DNA of 15,709 nt from Archangiaceae bacterium (GCA_043750125.1 JAYVCD010000309.1:1-15709), one strand, 5' to 3'; shown: positions 8,420 through 15,709, counted from the first letter of the stretch. Notes: a model not told the origin generated them from the letters alone. Numbers and translations: made by a program.

Positions 8420-8773
8420 ATGATGAAGTTCAAAGACGGCCCAGCTCAGCGAAGATGTGGGACCTGCAGCGCGCCGGTCGCCTTGACCGGCGTTACCCGT
8501 CGAACGTCGAAGGGCCTGCCGACTGGCACCGAGTATGAGTACGTCTGCCTCAGTTGTAAGAAGCCGTTCGTGATCGAGAGTCTGTGGGGACACTGCTTTG
8601 CCGCACTCTGCGGAGCTTTGATTGGCGCGATTGCGCTCGGATTCCTGTTCGCAGCCCAGTCCCCCGGCTGGCGTTACGGGGTCGGTGGGGTCGCCTCGCT
8701 CTTGACCGTCTTTGTCTTCGCTCAAACCGGGCTGCGAATTTCGAATCGGTTTCGCTACCCGGTCCTCGACTGA
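8420..8773 (+). CDS. Small membrane protein with an N-terminal CxxC...CxxC zinc-ribbon-like domain and two TM helices
   Basis: RCGTC...YVCLSC, then hydrophobic segments CFAALCGALIGAIALGFLFAA and YGVGGVASLLTVFVFAQ, and a C-terminal NRFRYPV. The stop overlaps the next start (TGATG). Confidence 0.7.
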   Translation: MMKFKDGPAQRRCGTCSAPVALTGVTRRTSKGLPTGTEYEYVCLSCKKPFVIESLWGHCFAALCGALIGAIALGFLFAAQSPGWRYGVGGVASLLTVFVFAQTGLRISNRFRYPVLD

Positions 8774-9564
8774 TGGACGCGCGTCGTTGGGGGGTGCTGC
8801 TGCTTTCGATGGCCACCGGAGCAACCGCTGTCCTGCTGGTGCTCAATCGCGAACCCGCCGCTCCCGCAGCCTCCGCTTCAGCGGTGCAGCCTGCGACCCC
8901 GGTTCCCCTCGCGGCCCCCTCGCCATCCATCGCAGCGGCGCCACCCGAGGACGATCAGGACTCAGCCGCCGCTCATGATGCCCTGGCCACCCGCTGGCGC
9001 TCTCAGTCTGATTTGCGCTCTGCGGTCGGCGAGCACCAAAAGGCCATCGCCCGCTTCGGTGCGCTGCAGACTCCGCAAGCGGCCGCGGCGCACGCTTCGT
9101 ATGCGGTGACGCTGCTGGCGATCGGAGAGCCGAGGGCCGCGCACCAGCGAGCCAAACTTGCCCTCGAGATCTTCGACCACGTTCCGCAGGGTGAACCCGT
9201 CGACCGCTGCGCAGCGCTGTGGGCCCTGGCCGAAAGTGCGGCGCGGTTGAAGAAAGCCGGAGCGATCACCGAGGCCCGGGCCGCACTCGATTGTCTGGCC
9301 GTCCCGACTGGACGCGAAGATGACGTGGCCCGCGCTTCGCTCACTCTCGCCTCGCTGCTGAGTCGCAGCCCAGAAAAACTCAGGCTGTTGAAAGTCGCTG
9401 CGGCCAACCCGTCGGTGCAGATGGTGGCCCTCGATGCGCTCGCGGCCCTTCGTCCTTACGATTCAGAAGCAGGCTGCGCGGCGGCGATCGAAGCTCTCGT
9501 TCGAGAGCGGTCTGATCGCCGCGAGAAAGCGGCCCGCGGTTGCAAGCTGCCCCGCCGCCACTGA
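8773..9564 (+). CDS. Membrane-anchored or secreted Ala-rich TPR-like helical repeat protein
   Basis: ATG at 8773 is coupled to the upstream TGA. N-terminal signal/TM segment (MDARRWGVLLLSMATGATAVLLVL), a Pro/Ala linker, then TPR-like pairs (AHDALATRW...AVGEHQKAIARF; AHASYAVTLLAIGEPRAAHQRAKLALEIF; ALWALAESA). The ORF-track start at 8584 overlaps the previous gene and is rejected. Confidence 0.68.
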   Translation: MDARRWGVLLLSMATGATAVLLVLNREPAAPAASASAVQPATPVPLAAPSPSIAAAPPEDDQDSAAAHDALATRWRSQSDLRSAVGEHQKAIARFGALQTPQAAAAHASYAVTLLAIGEPRAAHQRAKLALEIFDHVPQGEPVDRCAALWALAESAARLKKAGAITEARAALDCLAVPTGREDDVARASLTLASLLSRSPEKLRLLKVAAANPSVQMVALDALAALRPYDSEAGCAAAIEALVRERSDRREKAARGCKLPRRH

Positions 9565-9576
9565 GCCGAGCTCAAA

Positions 9577-10287
9577 TCAGGGCGTCGACTTGACCGACAG
9601 CGTCCGCACCTGAATCCCGCGAACGTTGCCGCCCTTGCCGTAAGCGGAATCGAGCGTCCCGTTGCGGGTGCGCTTGACCGTCACCTTCACGTCGCAGCTC
9701 TTCGCCTCATTGTCCTTGCTCGCCTTGATGTCAGCACCGGGGATCACCAGACTTCCGGTGTCATTGGCGGTGATGTTCACATCTTGAATGCACGAGCCCC
9801 GCAGCTCGACCGTCAGCGTGTCCGGCTTGCCCGAGTTGTCCCACTTCACTTCGAGCGGATTCTGGCCTCGCACGAAAGTGGCGCCGGCGGTGGGGCCGGT
9901 CAGCTGGAACTTTGCCGGAAGGGTCAGCACCGAATTGGGGGCGCTGGTGTCGTCCGCCCCGCGGGTGAGCGCGACCGAGATGCTCTTGCCCTCCTCGTCT
10001 CCATTGAATGACGCGCTGTAGGAAACGAGCCCCAACAGCTCGGACTTCTTCATCGGGTTGGTGTCCGTGCCGCTGACCGCGGAAAGCGAATCGGTGCCGG
10101 CAATGGTGACGAAGGTGGTCGACAGCGGCCCGACCTGAAGGGTGGTGGAGACCGCCGTCTGGCCACTGCCGTCCCCGGTTCCGGCGATGGTCGCGTAAAG
10201 GCCGGAAGTTCGGATGTCGGTGCTCGAAGCCGTGGTGCAGGCGCCGAGAAAAAAGAGAGCGGCAAGGGAAGCAAGGATTCGGTTCAT
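9577..10287 (-). CDS. Lipoprotein of unknown function (predicted beta-rich)
   Basis: ATG at 10287 gives MNRILASLAALFFLGA-C (lipobox). The mature part is Ser/Thr/Gly-rich with alternating beta-strand patterns (SSTDIRTSGLYATI, LEVKWDNSG, LTVELRGSC, CDVKVTVKRTRNGTLD). GC-ending codon usage is typical. Confidence 0.8.
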   Translation of the reverse strand: MNRILASLAALFFLGACTTASSTDIRTSGLYATIAGTGDGSGQTAVSTTLQVGPLSTTFVTIAGTDSLSAVSGTDTNPMKKSELLGLVSYSASFNGDEEGKSISVALTRGADDTSAPNSVLTLPAKFQLTGPTAGATFVRGQNPLEVKWDNSGKPDTLTVELRGSCIQDVNITANDTGSLVIPGADIKASKDNEAKSCDVKVTVKRTRNGTLDSAYGKGGNVRGIQVRTLSVKSTP

Positions 10288-10300
10288 GCGGCGCCGCTTC

Positions 10301-10316
10301 GCACGCCGCGCGCCAA
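10301..10316 (-). promoter_or_regulatory. Candidate sigma54 (-24/-12) promoter upstream of the lipoprotein gene
   Basis: The minus strand reads TT-GG-CGCGCGGCGT-GC: exact GG-N10-GC spacing with TGGC and TGC cores, ending 13 nt before the ATG at 10287. Confidence 0.45.
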
Positions 10317-10366
10317 CGCAAGCCTTCACAGTTCAAATGAATTTTCCGGCGGAGCCCCGCGGCAGT

Positions 10367-10418
10367 CGTCGCATCGGGGCACGATTGTCACATTGGCAGT
10401 GCGACGCGACAGTCGTGC
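10367..10418. repeat. Intergenic overlapping inverted repeats (possible enhancer/UAS or mRNA hairpin)
   Basis: GCACGATTGTC (10379-10389) / GACAGTCGTGC (10408-10418) with 1 mismatch, and CGTCGCA (10367-10373) / TGCGACG (10400-10406). Confidence 0.4.
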
Positions 10419-10431
10419 GCGGCCGAGGCCG

Positions 10432-13400
10432 TCAGTTCGGAACGCAGACGCTGTTGGCGTCGCAGCTGAATCCCGCCGCGCAGCCCGGCGCGCAAGACAC
10501 GAAGCGGAACACGTCGACGAAAGCGCCGGCGGTTCCTGCGGTACCGGTAGATCCCACTCCACCCAGCGACGTGCCTCCGGCGCCGCCTTTGCCCCCGGTG
10601 TCCGCGGCAGCCCCACTGAGGAAGGTGTTGCTGGCCGCGAAGGACCCCGGGTCGAAGTCGTAGCCGCCCACGGCGTAGGACGCGCCGCCCGCTCCGCCGC
10701 CGCCTCCTCCTCCCGGCCCCCCGTTGCCCCCGACGCCGCCCTTCCCTCCGGTCGAGCTGCTCCAGCGGTTCGCGAGGCCGCCGAAGCCACCCGAGCCCCC
10801 GTTGCCGACCGCTCCGCCGAAACCGCCGAAGCCGCCATCGCCCCCGCGCCCCCGCTGAATGCGATTGCCTGAAATTGTCGGGCCCCCGCCCGGGCCCGCG
10901 CGGGCGATAAAGATGCCGATTGAAGCGCCGCCTGCACCTCCCGCTTTTCCTCCCGAGCCACCGCAGCCGCCCGCCGCGCCGCCTCCTCCGGTCGCCCCCA
11001 TTTCCCACCCCATGCAGCCGAAGCTGAACCGCGCGACGCCGCCCCCTGCCCCTCCCCCTCCGCCTCCTTCCGCAACCCCCCCGGTTGTGCCCGCGGCCGC
11101 TCCCCCAGGAGCTGCAACCCACACCGCATTGACGACGCTTCCGTTGCGCGCCAGGGGCGGGGCGCCTGTCCCTGCCGAACCGGAAAGGCCGTCTGCCCCC
11201 GGCAAGCCATCCGCGCCATCGTGCGGCTGAATGGTCGACGGAAAGCCCGACTCGGTCACGTGCGAGCACTGAAAGCCGGACATCGTATCGAAGCTCCAGT
11301 CCCAACCTCCGCGGCCCTGACGGCTGCCCGCCGGCAACCCGACCCACGCCTGCTGCGCACCCTGGTTTCCAGCGAAGGTATAGGTCGGACACACCACCCC
11401 GCCGCCGAAAGTCCCGTTGGTGCTCGGACTGCCACAGCTCGCGTTGGTGCCGGCCTGGCCTCCGGCGCGGGCGTTGCCAGCAAAGCAGCTGCCGTTCATG
11501 AAAAAGACGCTGTCGATTCCCTTCACCCCGTCGAGCGCGGTGGACGCTTGCCGTCCGAAGCCTTGCGACCCGGTCAAACCGCGACCGCCTTCTCCTCCGC
11601 GGCCTCCAATCACATCGTTGTTCTGCAACACGAAGCGCGGGCCAGTGTCCTTCAGGTAGACGGCCATCGACACCGGGCCGTTTTGCCCATCGGGCGTCAT
11701 TCCCGAGGCGTCGAGCCCCACCAGGGTGAAGCCCGAGACCACGGTGTCCACGGCGCCGTTGCCCAGGCTCTCGGCGTGAATGGCCGCCAGCGCCATCGAG
11801 CTCGCGGGCTGCGCGACAATCGCCGTCAAATGGACCTGCGGGTTGCGCTTCAGAAAATCGTTCGAGTAGCCGCCGAAGAGCTGCGCGCCGTCAAACAGTC
11901 GAAGGCTCTCGCGGTACGAGCCTTGAGCCACCAGCACGTACTTTTTCCCCTGAGCCTGCTGCGCGGCGAGCCCGGCCGCGATCGTCTGCAGCGGAGCGGT
12001 GCGCGTTCCATTCCCTCCCGCAGCCGCCGACATCGAAACGAAGATCGCGTCGGTGGTCACCCCATCGACGCCGTCACAATTCTCGTCCACCCACGAGGCC
12101 CCCGGGGTCGGACCGCGATCGGGCAAATCGTTCGTGGTGTTGCCCTGGACCCGCCGGCACTCGCAGCCGTTGGGCTGAAGGCCATCGACATCGACCCATT
12201 CGAAGGTCGTCGCCCCGATGATTTCGGTCAGACACGGACCGCGGGTGCAGACCGGCATCGCCGGCAACGTGTCGCAGACCCCGGTGGTGTGCTGCAGCGC
12301 GGGCGAGAAGTACTTGGTGCAATCGTTGTTGCAGAAGCCGCAGTGCGCAGCGGCGTCGTACCGGCCCGTCACGGGGTTGCGAAAACCTTCGTCGACCTGC
12401 AGGTCGCAGTTGTTGTCTTTTCCGTCGCAGATTTCGGGGTTGAACGAGTTCACGTCGCACGCGCTCCAGGTCGCCGAGCTCTGGCACTTCTCGAACCCCT
12501 TGCAGACCGAGACGTTGCACGAGCGGGTCGCGCCCACCGTGCTCGCGCGGCAGGTGCAGGTCCCCGTGACCGGGGTGCACTGGTGGGTGGCCGAGCACGA
12601 ATAACCCGTCGGACACGGCCCCAACGAAGAGCCCGGGCCGCACCCGCGCCCACAGACCTTCGCCCCATCGAGGGTCAGGCATTTGCTGCCGTTGCCAATG
12701 CAATCGGAGTCGACGCCGCAGGGCCGGCACAGGGTGTCGAGCAGGGCCAGGCATTGGGTCGGGGCGGCGATCGGCCACGGGAAAAAGCCCGACTCGCACA
12801 TCAGCACCGCGCAGCTGCTCGCACGACATTCGGTCGAGGTCGCATGGGGAATCGAACGACAATCGTTCCCACATTCACCGCAGTGCTCAATGCGGCCATA
12901 GACCCCGCCGTCCTGAAACCCGTCGTCGACAATGCCGTTACAGTCGTCGTCCTGCCGGTTGCAGACTTCCGGGCCCGGCTCAGAAGCAGCGCACACCAGC
13001 CCGGCCGTCGCCAGGCATCGCTGGGGCCCGACGCAGGTGCGGCCGTTGACGGTCCGACTGCAGGGGGGAGGAGTAAAGTCGTCGATGCTCCCGTTGCAAT
13101 CGTCGTCGACGCCGTTGCACATCTCTTCCATCGCGACCGGCGCATTGCACGAGGTGAAGCCCCCATCGACCTGGCAGGTCTGATTTCCCGGACACGCACC
13201 AAACGTGTTGCGTGCACCGCGACAGCCCTTCTGTAAGCCGAGCGTCACCGGCAGGCAGTCGCAGGTTTTTCCCTGGGGAATGCACTGGTGCGCTCCATTG
13301 GGCATCGCTGCGCATTGGTAGAGCGAAGGGCATCCTTCGAAAGTGCAGTCCCGACCACAGAAGACCCCGCCATCGAGCACCAGGCATTTGTCCGCGCCCG

Positions 13401-13800
13401 AGGCTCCGCAATCGGAGTCGAGCTTGCAGTTCTGGCACAGCAGCGGCTGCGCGATGGCGCACAGACTCTCGGCGGCGATCTGTTTGCAGACATAGCTGTC
13501 AGGACACGCGGCCGTCGTCCCGTCACAGTCGCGGGTACAAAAAGGCCCGGCCGGACCGCCGACGCAGCGATCCGACTCGCACTGTGAGCCAGCGTCGCAT
13601 CGTTCGCCAAACCGCAACGCCCCACGGAACTTGCCGCCATCGCCTTCATCCAGCACGCGACACAAACGGTCGACGCACCGCAGGCCGCCCGGGCACTCGC
13701 GGTCGAACACGCACGGGTGGGACACCGGGTACGTCACGGTTCGACCGCAGCCGACCAGCAGGAAAAACGCGCCTACCATCCACACCCGGGTCGCAGTCAT
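10432..13800 (-). CDS. Giant Cys-rich surface lipoprotein with Asp-rich metal-binding (MopE-related, E.C.G.DDDC.G..DD) repeats, a DUF1565/beta-helix-like module and a Gly-rich (PE-PGRS-like) C-terminal domain
   Basis: Lipobox in MTATRVWMVGAFFLLVG-C. About 580 aa of Cys-rich repeats including EEMCNGVDDDCNGSIDD, EVCNRQDDDCNGIVDDGF, EICDGKDNNCDLQVDEGF, HCGECGNDC and HCGFCNNDC. Then AIFVS...GNGTRTAPLQTIAAGL...VLVAQGSYRE...LFGGYS, followed by long GxGGxGG runs. ATG at 13800 is coupled to the upstream TGA (TGATG); GTG at 13803 is an alternative start. Confidence 0.88.
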   Translation of the reverse strand: MTATRVWMVGAFFLLVGCGRTVTYPVSHPCVFDRECPGGLRCVDRLCRVLDEGDGGKFRGALRFGERCDAGSQCESDRCVGGPAGPFCTRDCDGTTAACPDSYVCKQIAAESLCAIAQPLLCQNCKLDSDCGASGADKCLVLDGGVFCGRDCTFEGCPSLYQCAAMPNGAHQCIPQGKTCDCLPVTLGLQKGCRGARNTFGACPGNQTCQVDGGFTSCNAPVAMEEMCNGVDDDCNGSIDDFTPPPCSRTVNGRTCVGPQRCLATAGLVCAASEPGPEVCNRQDDDCNGIVDDGFQDGGVYGRIEHCGECGNDCRSIPHATSTECRASSCAVLMCESGFFPWPIAAPTQCLALLDTLCRPCGVDSDCIGNGSKCLTLDGAKVCGRGCGPGSSLGPCPTGYSCSATHQCTPVTGTCTCRASTVGATRSCNVSVCKGFEKCQSSATWSACDVNSFNPEICDGKDNNCDLQVDEGFRNPVTGRYDAAAHCGFCNNDCTKYFSPALQHTTGVCDTLPAMPVCTRGPCLTEIIGATTFEWVDVDGLQPNGCECRRVQGNTTNDLPDRGPTPGASWVDENCDGVDGVTTDAIFVSMSAAAGGNGTRTAPLQTIAAGLAAQQAQGKKYVLVAQGSYRESLRLFDGAQLFGGYSNDFLKRNPQVHLTAIVAQPASSMALAAIHAESLGNGAVDTVVSGFTLVGLDASGMTPDGQNGPVSMAVYLKDTGPRFVLQNNDVIGGRGGEGGRGLTGSQGFGRQASTALDGVKGIDSVFFMNGSCFAGNARAGGQAGTNASCGSPSTNGTFGGGVVCPTYTFAGNQGAQQAWVGLPAGSRQGRGGWDWSFDTMSGFQCSHVTESGFPSTIQPHDGADGLPGADGLSGSAGTGAPPLARNGSVVNAVWVAAPGGAAAGTTGGVAEGGGGGGAGGGVARFSFGCMGWEMGATGGGGAAGGCGGSGGKAGGAGGASIGIFIARAGPGGGPTISGNRIQRGRGGDGGFGGFGGAVGNGGSGGFGGLANRWSSSTGGKGGVGGNGGPGGGGGGGAGGASYAVGGYDFDPGSFAASNTFLSGAAADTGGKGGAGGTSLGGVGSTGTAGTAGAFVDVFRFVSCAPGCAAGFSCDANSVCVPN

Positions 13801-15707
13801 CACAGGCTCGAGATTGCGGCGACGGGGCCGGCCGTACCGGGAGTTCCGCCAAAAGGGCCACCTGCCGGAGAAGCGCCGCCGCTGCCCCCTTCGCCCGCTG
13901 CGTTAACCGGAGCGGGGGCGATCACGTTCTTCGTCCCGAATGATCCGCCGCTGACATTCACCCCGGCGATTCCTGCCACCCGCCCACCACAGCCTCCGCC
14001 GCCACCGCCGCCGGCTCCTCCCGTGCCTCCACGCCCGCCGGGCCCGCCGAGACCTGCACACCACGCGGCGGTGGTGTTGACGCCGCCGCGTCCTCCCTGG
14101 CCGCCGAGCCCGCCGTAGCCGCCCGAGCCGCCGTCTCCTCCGAGGCCGCCGAAGCCCAAGTCGATGAGGTTGCCTTGAATGGTGGGCAAAGCACCGACGA
14201 TGAAAATCGAGAACGAACCCCCGCCCCCGCCCCCGCCGAGGCCAGAAGTTCCGGCGCAGCCACCTGCGCCTCCGCCCCCACCCGTCGCGCCCAAATCTCC
14301 CACGCGGTTGCCGATCGAGCAGGTAAGAGCGACCAGGTTGCGAACGCACCCCCCGCCGCCGCCTCCTCCTCCCCCGCGTCCATGGGTGCTGCTGCTGAAA
14401 CCGCCGGCACCGCTTTGGCTCACCCAGTCATCGCCGATGATCGCCCCGGTCGCGCTGAAACAGCCCGGGCCCCCGAGCGCGTTTTGACCATCGCCCCCAT
14501 TTTGCGCGGCGCCTCCGTTGAGGCCTTCTGTCGGTACCGTGCAGTCGTACTTGCACAGCGCGGCCTGCGAGGGGTCCGAGTGCTGGTAGGTGCCATTGTT
14601 TCCGCCCTTCCCGTTGCCGTTGGGGTTGGGGGGGTAGCCCTGCGGGTCGAGCAGCGGGCTGACCGCCGCGCCGGCAAACCCGGTGGTGGTGAGCGTCGGG
14701 CAGCTCGAGTTCGCACCTCCCGCACCGCCGGGCTGCGCATCGTTCACGCAATCGGGAGTGAGGCATTCCCGCGCGATCAGCCCATTGACCCCGCCCACTC
14801 CGGTGGTGCCGGCGAGGCCGGGAAGCGCGGCCACCGCGTCTCCTCCCCTGCCCCCGACCAGGTGGTTGTTGCGAACTTCGAGGCCCGGCGAGCTCTTGAC
14901 GTACATCGCAAAGCTGTTGCGCGCCGCCTGGCCCGGGCCGGGGCGAGACGACACGTCGTAGCCGCGAATGGTGAAGCCCGCGATCACCGCCCGGGCGCTG
15001 AGCCCTTCAGCGTTCACCGAGCCCCGGCGCGCGGTCGCAACCGACCAGTCGGGTTCCGGCGCTTCGATGAAAGTGGGGAAGGCGTTGATGTCTCTTCGGG
15101 CGAAGTCGCTGGAGTAGCCGCCAAACAACCCGACCGACCCTTTGAGGATCACCTGTTCGACATAGGTCCCTTGCGCGACGAGGATCGCCGAATGGACGCC
15201 GCTGTTGAACGCGGCCATCGCCTCCGCAATCGTGCGGTAGGGAAGCGCGCGGGTTCCCACGCTCTGCGGCGATTGAGCCCAGACATACAGGGCAGTCGCG
15301 GCGATTCCGTCGACGCCATCGCAGTTGCGATCGACGTTGGGCAGCCCCAGCGTGGGGAAGGCATCGAAGGTGTCGGGCTCGTCGACCACGCTCTGCGCGG
15401 CGCACTCACAGCCGTTGGACTCTTCGTTGTCGGTGTCGGTGAACGTGTGGTCCACGACGCAGACGTTCTGCGCGCACCGGGTCCCCGGGCCGAGGGCCAG
15501 AGTGCATTCGGACGTCGTGATGCAAGCCCTCGCGCAGAAGTTTCCGTTGCACGATTCGCCACTCGAGCACTCAGCCGGCACCAAGCAGGGACGAACGCAC
15601 TGGTGAAAGACGGGGCTGCACGTCTTTCCGCCCGTGCACTCAGAATCGACCCGACACAAGCCTCCACCGGCCACCGACTGGCTGGTGCACGAGGCGATCC
15701 GGCAGGT
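13800..15707 (-). CDS. Paralogous giant Cys-rich / DUF1565-like / Gly-rich protein, 5'-partial (runs off the window edge)
   Basis: The frame is open to the window edge (TCRIASCTSQSVAGGGLC...). It has Cys-rich repeats, NGCEC...VDRNCDGVDG, ALYVW...GTRALPYRTIAEAM...ILVAQGTYVE...LFGGYSSDF, and a Gly-rich C-terminus with GATGGGGGAGGCAG...GGGSFSIFI. It is collinear with the C-terminal half of the downstream gene. Confidence 0.85.
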   Translation of the reverse strand, partial: TCRIASCTSQSVAGGGLCRVDSECTGGKTCSPVFHQCVRPCLVPAECSSGESCNGNFCARACITTSECTLALGPGTRCAQNVCVVDHTFTDTDNEESNGCECAAQSVVDEPDTFDAFPTLGLPNVDRNCDGVDGIAATALYVWAQSPQSVGTRALPYRTIAEAMAAFNSGVHSAILVAQGTYVEQVILKGSVGLFGGYSSDFARRDINAFPTFIEAPEPDWSVATARRGSVNAEGLSARAVIAGFTIRGYDVSSRPGPGQAARNSFAMYVKSSPGLEVRNNHLVGGRGGDAVAALPGLAGTTGVGGVNGLIARECLTPDCVNDAQPGGAGGANSSCPTLTTTGFAGAAVSPLLDPQGYPPNPNGNGKGGNNGTYQHSDPSQAALCKYDCTVPTEGLNGGAAQNGGDGQNALGGPGCFSATGAIIGDDWVSQSGAGGFSSSTHGRGGGGGGGGGCVRNLVALTCSIGNRVGDLGATGGGGGAGGCAGTSGLGGGGGGGSFSIFIVGALPTIQGNLIDLGFGGLGGDGGSGGYGGLGGQGGRGGVNTTAAWCAGLGGPGGRGGTGGAGGGGGGGCGGRVAGIAGVNVSGGSFGTKNVIAPAPVNAAGEGGSGGASPAGGPFGGTPGTAGPVAAISSL

Positions 15708-15709
15708 GG

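Noticed and set aside
7682..8824. 380-aa minus-strand ORF and the 7692-8099 plus-strand ORF
   Set aside because: They overlap the tRNA (VGPPGFEPGT and VPGSNPGGP are translated tRNA arms) and better-supported genes, and their composition is not protein-like.
7700..9576. Integrative element or prophage at the tRNA 3' end
   Set aside because: I found no integrase, transposase or phage gene and no duplicated tRNA 3' end (att) in the window. The region is variable-looking at most.
11040..11085. G-quadruplex-like G-runs on the minus strand (also near 14216-14236 and 14349-14375)
   Set aside because: They are fully explained by consecutive Gly codons, with no independent evidence of function.
10859..14487. 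Plus-strand ORF 11221-13236 and the Pro-rich ORFs 10859-11230, 13717-14118 and 14179-14487
   Set aside because: They are antisense to the giant Cys/Gly-rich genes, and the poly-Pro runs are simply the reverse complement of poly-Gly codons.
10432..15709. Calling the giant proteins true mycobacterial PE_PGRS, collagen, or a RiPP/CRISPR-like repeat array
   Set aside because: There is no PE domain, the repeats are Gly-Gly-X rather than collagen Gly-X-Y, no RiPP maturase is nearby, and there are no regularly spaced identical DNA repeats with spacers.

Overview
GC-rich bacterial DNA, most likely Myxococcota, judged from the SigA-type rpoD, an ftp-like type III PKS cluster and large Cys/Gly-rich lipoproteins. 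From left to right: a 5'-truncated rpoD; an alkyltransferase-like (ATL) gene; a small TPR-like lipoprotein; and a five-gene, translationally coupled minus-strand cluster (type III PKS, ICMT-family methyltransferase, ACP, fatty acyl-AMP ligase, FAD-dependent oxidoreductase) predicted to make alkylresorcinol/alkylpyrone/alkylquinone lipids. A divergent tRNA(CAT) follows, best read as tRNA-Ile2. Next is a variable-looking patch: a chimeric ABC1/AarF-kinase remnant, a zinc-ribbon membrane protein and a membrane-anchored TPR-like protein. After that comes a lipoprotein with a candidate sigma54 promoter. The window ends with two tandem, translationally coupled paralogous Cys-rich / DUF1565-like / Gly-rich proteins, the upstream one running off the window edge. 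I saw no integrase, transposase or CRISPR array. The least characterised element is the tandem Cys/Gly-rich protein pair. All family assignments come from motif recognition by eye, not database searches.
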